Assembly: GCA_051747805.1 (NCBI GenBank)
Contig: JBNJGP010000013.1
Span: forward strand, 1-41,372
DNA: 41,372 bases
Reading direction: 5' to 3'
DNA from: Candidatus Muiribacteriota bacterium
GTDB taxonomy: Bacteria; Muiribacteriota; Muiribacteriia; Muiribacteriales; Muiribacteriaceae
In this document: piece after piece, positions 36,664-41,372 of the stretch
Layout: each line of letters opens with the position of its first letter
Position numbering within the stretch: the first letter of the stretch is position 1
Notes under the pieces: model-generated
What the model was told of the DNA's origin: nothing
What the model saw: only the letters and a program-made list of their open reading frames with translations
Databases searched by the model: none
Program-made: the position numbers and the translations under genes

Positions 36664-37940
36664 ATATTTTTCACATTAAAGGCAAAAGTATCAAAAATTT
36701 CCTGTTTTTCCATCTGAATAGCCTGTCTTCTACCGTTAATATTTTCAATATTATTTTTTATAATGGTAAATATTTTCTCATCAATTTTTTTATCTTTAAC
36801 CATAATATGAAGAATTCCAATTATTTCCCCAGCAGGAAGCCCGGGTCTGTATGGTCTGTCTTCAGCTAATGCTGTAAAAATGTCAGCAACAGTTAATATT
36901 CTGCTTCCGGTAGAAAGAGTACGTTTACCTAAATGATTAGGATAACCGGAGCCGTCTAACTTTTCATGATGTCTGGAAGCCCATTCGTTTATAGTTTCAA
37001 AACCAGGTACATGTGAAAGTATTTTATCAGTAAAATATGGATGGGATTTTATTATATTAAATTCAACATCTGTTAATTTATCTTTTTTTTCAAGTATCTC
37101 TACAGGAATAGCCAGCTTTCCAACATCATGCAGTAGTCCGGCAATTTTAATATAATCAATTTCATCCTGAGTAAAATCCATATAATACGCTAACTGAGCT
37201 GCTACTGAGGCAGTTCCAACTGAGTGGGTTGAAGTAAAAGCACTTCTGAAATCAATAATTCTTCTAAAAAGTTCGGCATATTGCAGTATTTCCTCTTTAT
37301 TAAGTGTAATTCCCAGAAAATTTTTGTTTTTTAACTCATCCAGTAACCTGTCGGGAAAAATAACATCAAACCATAATCCTTCTTTCTTTGCCACCTTTTC
37401 AAAAACTTTAAAAATTTCAGGGTGAAACATCATCCCGGTTTTACTTTTAATTTTTTTCACAATATTTGAAACCTGAAATAGTATTTCACATTCAGTATTT
37501 GCCAGTATAGAAACTCTATCTGCAAGATGAATAATATACGGAAATAGTTTAAATTCTTCATTTATATCAAAATCATTATCAGCTCCTTCAAAATACATTG
37601 TATGATGATATCGTAAAACATCTGCGATATTTCTAAGAGGAGCAAAATTTTTAAGAATAAGATAGCCAATTTCAGCATGTCTATTTGGATTTTCGATTTC
37701 AAAGTTAAAAGTTTTATATCTTTCATTAAGTGTAAGAGGTATCACTCCAATATCATGGAGCAGCGCAGATATAATTAGATGATTTTTCTGATAAACGGAT
37801 AAATTCATTTCTGAAGCCAGATGCCAGCATATAACCGCAACCTGTTTATGATGGTTTGAAATATTGGCGCTTATTAAATCAACAGCTTCTGAAACTGATA
37901 AAACAATATCGTATAAAGTAGTTTTTTTCTGAAAATCCAT
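36660..37940 (-). CDS. Tandem HD / HD-GYP domain protein (cyclic dinucleotide phosphodiesterase)
   Basis: First HD domain (LLHDIG..HH..LAD) and second with LLHDVGK, HHEKLDGSGYP, ADIFTAL.EDRPYR. Confidence 0.92.
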   Translation of the reverse strand: MDFQKKTTLYDIVLSVSEAVDLISANISNHHKQVAVICWHLASEMNLSVYQKNHLIISALLHDIGVIPLTLNERYKTFNFEIENPNRHAEIGYLILKNFAPLRNIADVLRYHHTMYFEGADNDFDINEEFKLFPYIIHLADRVSILANTECEILFQVSNIVKKIKSKTGMMFHPEIFKVFEKVAKKEGLWFDVIFPDRLLDELKNKNFLGITLNKEEILQYAELFRRIIDFRSAFTSTHSVGTASVAAQLAYYMDFTQDEIDYIKIAGLLHDVGKLAIPVEILEKKDKLTDVEFNIIKSHPYFTDKILSHVPGFETINEWASRHHEKLDGSGYPNHLGKRTLSTGSRILTVADIFTALAEDRPYRPGLPAGEIIGILHIMVKDKKIDEKIFTIIKNNIENINGRRQAIQMEKQEIFDTFAFNVKNI

Positions 37941-37943
37941 ATT

Positions 37944-39236
37944 TTAATTACCAAAAAAAGAATCAGTTAAGTCCTGGTCTATATAGAATGTGTATTTTAA
38001 ATTTCCAGTATTACCAAATTCATCAACAGCTTTTATTTCTATATTATTTGCTCCGTATCTGACAGGAACAGCATCATGCTGAAAAGAATCGGCTGATATT
38101 TTAAACTCAAAATACCCATTATTACATTCAATATTTAAAATTTTTTCAAAAATAGTTCCTCTGTTTAAACTGATTTTTACGTTTTCCACAGATTTATCCT
38201 CAATAAAACCTCTAAACATCTGAGTTTTTCTGGTATTTACAGGAGGAACAACCGTAATAACAGGTGGTAAAGTGCTTGGAATAAGCTGAATTGTGAAAAC
38301 AGCTTTATTACCGTAAACATCTCTTGCCACACAATCAAGAAATCTTGCTCTTTCAGGATTATCAATTTGAAAAGTTGCATCAAACATTAAATTATCAACC
38401 TCTATATTACCCAAAAAAGCGTCATCAACATAAACTTCTATCTGAGATACAGTTACAGTATTTACCCTGCCTGCTACTCGCAAAGTTTTTCCAACATTAA
38501 CCTTATTTTTTTCAGGTGAGCTAAAATCGATTTTAATCGGATGTGAGGATTCTCTCTCTTTTCTTCTTTCAGGTATTTTTGCAAGAATTTCACTTTCCTG
38601 ACCAGGTGGAAGAGCAAAATCAAAATCCTGATAAAGGGCCTGTTCCTTAGGTTCCCCTGGTTTTATTTTACGAAAATCTTTCCATTTAATATTTTCAGCC
38701 TCAATACCAAAATCCACTTTTTCTAAAGACTCGCCAATAAAAACTCTCTCACCAGTATCCATTATCTCAGTATTTCCATCAGGCTTTAAAATATTAACTT
38801 CTCCATCAAGTGCAGATACTCTAAAAACATCATTTACCAGAGTTTGGGCCGTAAAAATACCAAGGTTTGAAGAAACCTGATATTCTTTCCATCTTACAAC
38901 ACTTTTATCAATCATTTTCAGCCAGAAGTTCCCATACTCAACTATTATCTGAACCTCATCTCCGACTGTTCGCAGAAGAAAATCTGAAGAACCATCTGCT
39001 TTCAAAATTAATTTATCTGTAATAAAAAGCTGTACTCTTTCATCTGATTTTAATCTGAAACGAGAATGATTACCAAAATTATATTCTGGTCTGAGAGATG
39101 CTACCTGACCAGCCTGAGTAATTAAAACAGGGCTACCTTTTACAAAAGTAACCCTGCCTGAAAAATCTTCCTGTGTATGTGTAACTACAAATAAACAGAT
39201 TATTATAAATAATATAAATTTAAATTTGTAAATCAT
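37944..39236 (-). CDS. Exported FecR-domain protein with C-terminal Ig-like domains
   Basis: Signal peptide; GRVTFVKG...VSALDGEV.I FecR-like beta region; A.D.YGN / AVD.FGN and G.N.IEI.A motifs of bacterial Ig-like repeats. Confidence 0.6.
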   Translation of the reverse strand: MIYKFKFILFIIICLFVVTHTQEDFSGRVTFVKGSPVLITQAGQVASLRPEYNFGNHSRFRLKSDERVQLFITDKLILKADGSSDFLLRTVGDEVQIIVEYGNFWLKMIDKSVVRWKEYQVSSNLGIFTAQTLVNDVFRVSALDGEVNILKPDGNTEIMDTGERVFIGESLEKVDFGIEAENIKWKDFRKIKPGEPKEQALYQDFDFALPPGQESEILAKIPERRKERESSHPIKIDFSSPEKNKVNVGKTLRVAGRVNTVTVSQIEVYVDDAFLGNIEVDNLMFDATFQIDNPERARFLDCVARDVYGNKAVFTIQLIPSTLPPVITVVPPVNTRKTQMFRGFIEDKSVENVKISLNRGTIFEKILNIECNNGYFEFKISADSFQHDAVPVRYGANNIEIKAVDEFGNTGNLKYTFYIDQDLTDSFFGN

Positions 39237-40261
39237 TATTCAAGTGTTTCGCCCTTAAGTGTGAGCCCGTGTTCAGCAAGTTTTTCTCTTAGCTCATCAA
39301 GTGTTTTCTGACCAAAATTCTTAAGTCTCATTAATTCATCGGCAGAAACCTGTGTAAAATCAACCAGACGACGAAACGGAAAATTCTTTAAACAGTTTTT
39401 TGCTCTCTGTGATAATTCAAGATCAAGGACAAGTATTTCGTTAACATCAACTTTTTCTTTTTTAACAGAAACTTCCTCAACTTTTTTTTCCTCTTCATCA
39501 TCTTTTTGTTCACTTTTTATATTTTTAGTTTTTTTAGCCTCTTTCTTTTTTGTTTTTTCTTTTTTCACCTCTTCTTTTGAAGGTGTTAAAGGAGGCATAA
39601 TTGAAAATCTATCTTCAACCATTTCAACAATTTCTGTTAATGCATTTTTAGGGGTCAGTGTTCCATTTGTCTGCAAGTCAAGAATTAACTTTTCCTTTGT
39701 CATATCACCACCAATTCTAACAGGTGCAACATCAACTTCAACAAGAGTTACAGGTGAAAAATAAGAATCTACATAAAACTTATTAAACGGAACATTCTGT
39801 TCTTTTTCATGTTCATAACTAAGTACATAACCACAACCCTTTTTAAAAGTTAACTCAATTTCAAATTTCTTGCCAACAACTTCAAAAAGATGCAAATCTT
39901 TATTTTTAATTTTTAATACATCATCTTCAAGCTCACCCGCCCTCAACGTTTTTTTACCAGTCACCTTAACTTTTTTTGTGTATTCTTCACCCTTTTCAAG
40001 GTAACAAATTATATTTTTTATATTCATTACTATTTCAAGTATATTTTCTCTGGCGCCAGCAAGCTTTTTATTTTTTTTATCAATATTAAGAAATTTAATG
40101 CTCACTGGTGAAAATCCAGGTAACTCAGAAATAAGTAAATCCTTAATAAAATTTCCCATAGTTTCAGCATAACCCTTTTTTAAAGGCTCAAGGAAATACC
40201 TTGAATAATAGTTATCGATTTCACTAACCTTCAAAGCTTCAGGTAAATTAAATTCGTTCAT
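39236..40261 (-). CDS. rpoA: RNA polymerase alpha subunit homolog, divergent (probable second copy)
   Basis: F.LEPL.KGY..T.GN, E...EI.MN.K, G.GYV, D..FSPV..V, KL.LD..TNG..TP..AL; CTD DLELS.RA.NCLK and L..LKNFG.K.L.E. Confidence 0.9.
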   Translation of the reverse strand: MNEFNLPEALKVSEIDNYYSRYFLEPLKKGYAETMGNFIKDLLISELPGFSPVSIKFLNIDKKNKKLAGARENILEIVMNIKNIICYLEKGEEYTKKVKVTGKKTLRAGELEDDVLKIKNKDLHLFEVVGKKFEIELTFKKGCGYVLSYEHEKEQNVPFNKFYVDSYFSPVTLVEVDVAPVRIGGDMTKEKLILDLQTNGTLTPKNALTEIVEMVEDRFSIMPPLTPSKEEVKKEKTKKKEAKKTKNIKSEQKDDEEEKKVEEVSVKKEKVDVNEILVLDLELSQRAKNCLKNFPFRRLVDFTQVSADELMRLKNFGQKTLDELREKLAEHGLTLKGETLE

Positions 40262-40339
40262 TCTATAACACCCCGTTTAAAAAATTTTTAATATAAAAAT
40301 ATTAAATTTATTGAATTATTGAACAAATATATAAATCAA

Positions 40340-40432
40340 TTATTTCCTTTTTTTATGTCTATTAGCACGTCTTTGTTTTTTTCTTTTGTGCTTATTGATT
40401 TTAGATTTTCTTTTCTTTTTTACACTCGACAT
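40340..40432 (-). CDS. 30-aa basic protein of the bS22 / AURKAIP1-COX24 (mS38-like) ribosomal protein family
   Basis: Translated by hand: MSSVKKKRKSKINKHKRKKQRRANRHKKRK*; AAGGAG RBS upstream; below the ORF-track size cutoff. Confidence 0.85.
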   Translation of the reverse strand: MSSVKKKRKSKINKHKRKKQRRANRHKKRK

Positions 40433-40471
40433 TAAATCACTCCTTAATAAAATATTTTTTATAGCCGTCCA

Positions 40472-40500
40472 AATATAACATTTTTTATAATATTTGTCAA
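40472..40500 (-). promoter_or_regulatory. Sigma70-type promoter for the bS22-like / rpoA-paralog unit
   Basis: Minus strand TTGACA (40500-40495), 17-bp spacer ending in TGn, TATATT (40477-40472). Confidence 0.65.
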
Positions 40501-40505
40501 GCACC

Positions 40506-40565
40506 GGGGTCGAGCCGAGACAGATTTTCAGCTTACCAAGTTCAGCCTGACCAATAAAGGATTTT
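40506..40565 (-). repeat. Degenerate inverted copy of the hairpin-element core
   Basis: Reverse complement reads aaaatcctttattggtcaggc...tcggctcgacccc versus aaaatcctttagtggtcaggc...tcggcgctgacccc at 17389-17453. Confidence 0.7.
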
Positions 40566-40588
40566 ATTTATTACTAAATCCTGTTTAC

Positions 40589-40733
40589 TTGAGTTTAGCA
40601 AATTTTTTAAAAAGGCTTTTGTGGTCAGGCCTACAGAAATTTCTTGTGAAATTTCATGTCGGCACAGACCCCCCGTGAAATCAAGCTTTTTAAGTGTCTA
40701 CAGATTAAAATTTCTATTTTTTGCTAAACTCAA
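40589..40733. mobile_element. MITE-like element (145 bp): same core as 17368-17494, different 14-bp terminal inverted repeats
   Basis: TTGAGTTTAGCAAA (40589-40602) / TTTGCTAAACTCAA (40720-40733); flanks CCTGTTTAC / CCTGTTTAT (8 of 9 match); core at 40621-40672. Confidence 0.7.
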
Positions 40734-40768
40734 CCTGTTTATTAACAGATTAATAAAAAATATCAAAA

Positions 40769-41372
40769 CTAAAGATACAAGTCAAGTATTTCATTTATCA
40801 AACTATAATTAGTTCCTTTATGTTTTTTTAAATTTTCTTTTACTTTATTTGACTGGACAAATGCATTAAGCAGTGTTTGTTTTATAATTGAATGGTTTAA
40901 CTTATCTTCTTCTTTCAAAAGAAAAGCAGCCTTAGTCTTTACAAGCATATTTGCATTTGATAACTGCTCACCACCGGCAGACCCAGGAAGTGGCATTAAC
41001 ACGGCAGACATTTTAAAATTAATAATATCTGCAATAGTTCCAGCCCCGGCTCTTGCAAGAAGAACAGGATTTAAAGCATAAATTTCTGCAAGTTCCTCAG
41101 GTGAAAAAAATCTCTTACAGACGTATTTTTCATAGTTGAAACCTCTTAGTTTTTCTTCGAAATTATTTATATTATCCTCATTTTTACCGTACTGATGATA
41201 AACAAAAAAATTATCGGTAAGCCATTCAATGTTTTCACATACAAAAGAGTTAAATCTGGAAACCCCGTTTGCGCCTCCGGTTATAAATAAAACAGGTTCC
41301 CCGTCTTTCTTTTTATCCTGTTGTAATGCTTTATAATAATGTTTTTTAACTCTTTCTCTTACAGGATTACCG
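40769..41372 (-). CDS. murG: UDP-N-acetylglucosamine:lipid I transferase MurG (C-terminal part; 5' end outside window)
   Basis: The frame extends to the window edge and reads GNPVR..., ITGGANG, HQYG, ARAGAGTI, MPLP....EQ..NA. Confidence 0.88.
   Translation of the reverse strand, partial: GNPVRERVKKHYYKALQQDKKKDGEPVLFITGGANGVSRFNSFVCENIEWLTDNFFVYHQYGKNEDNINNFEEKLRGFNYEKYVCKRFFSPEELAEIYALNPVLLARAGAGTIADIINFKMSAVLMPLPGSAGGEQLSNANMLVKTKAAFLLKEEDKLNHSIIKQTLLNAFVQSNKVKENLKKHKGTNYSLINEILDLYL

Noticed and set aside
36660..37940. Tandem HD domains with a degenerate first GYP motif as a novelty
   Set aside because: This architecture is common among HD-GYP proteins.
40621..40812. 63-aa plus-strand ORF
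   Set aside because: Starts in the repeat core and overlaps the murG 3' end on the opposite strand; no RBS.

Overview
Very AT-rich chromosomal segment of a bacterium, probably an anaerobic diderm (TolC, MurG, 2-oxoacid:ferredoxin oxidoreductase, iron-sulfur flavoprotein); most genes are on the minus strand. Housekeeping and transport genes: archaeal-type UMP kinase (partial), TerB-like protein, M20 peptidase, recD2, two alpha/beta hydrolases, an orphan histidine kinase, adenosine deaminase, a cold-shock gene, a MacAB-TolC pump, a Yej/Opp-type peptide ABC transporter, malic enzyme, a four-subunit kor/oor operon, folD, probable holA, an RluA-family synthase, an HD-GYP protein, a FecR-domain protein and murG (partial). 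No rRNA, tRNA, CRISPR array, transposase or prophage was seen. Unusual items: (1) a divergent RNA polymerase alpha subunit outside the ribosomal alpha operon, lacking the beta-binding Arg45 motif but keeping a DNA-binding CTD, preceded by an unlisted 30-aa bS22-like ORF; (2) a family of intergenic hairpin elements in which one conserved core (GTGGTCAGGCCTACA-hairpin-ATGTCGGC..GACCCC) sits inside two different terminal inverted repeat pairs, each flanked by a 9-bp direct repeat, plus partial copies; (3) an exported clostripain-like domain missing both catalytic residues fused to LysM and an intact M23 peptidase; (4) two paralogous radical SAM proteins with tandem Cys-rich auxiliary modules; (5) a five-hairpin array with TTTACT linkers and a rod-like csp 5' UTR. 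All protein calls rest on motif recognition by eye, not on database searches.
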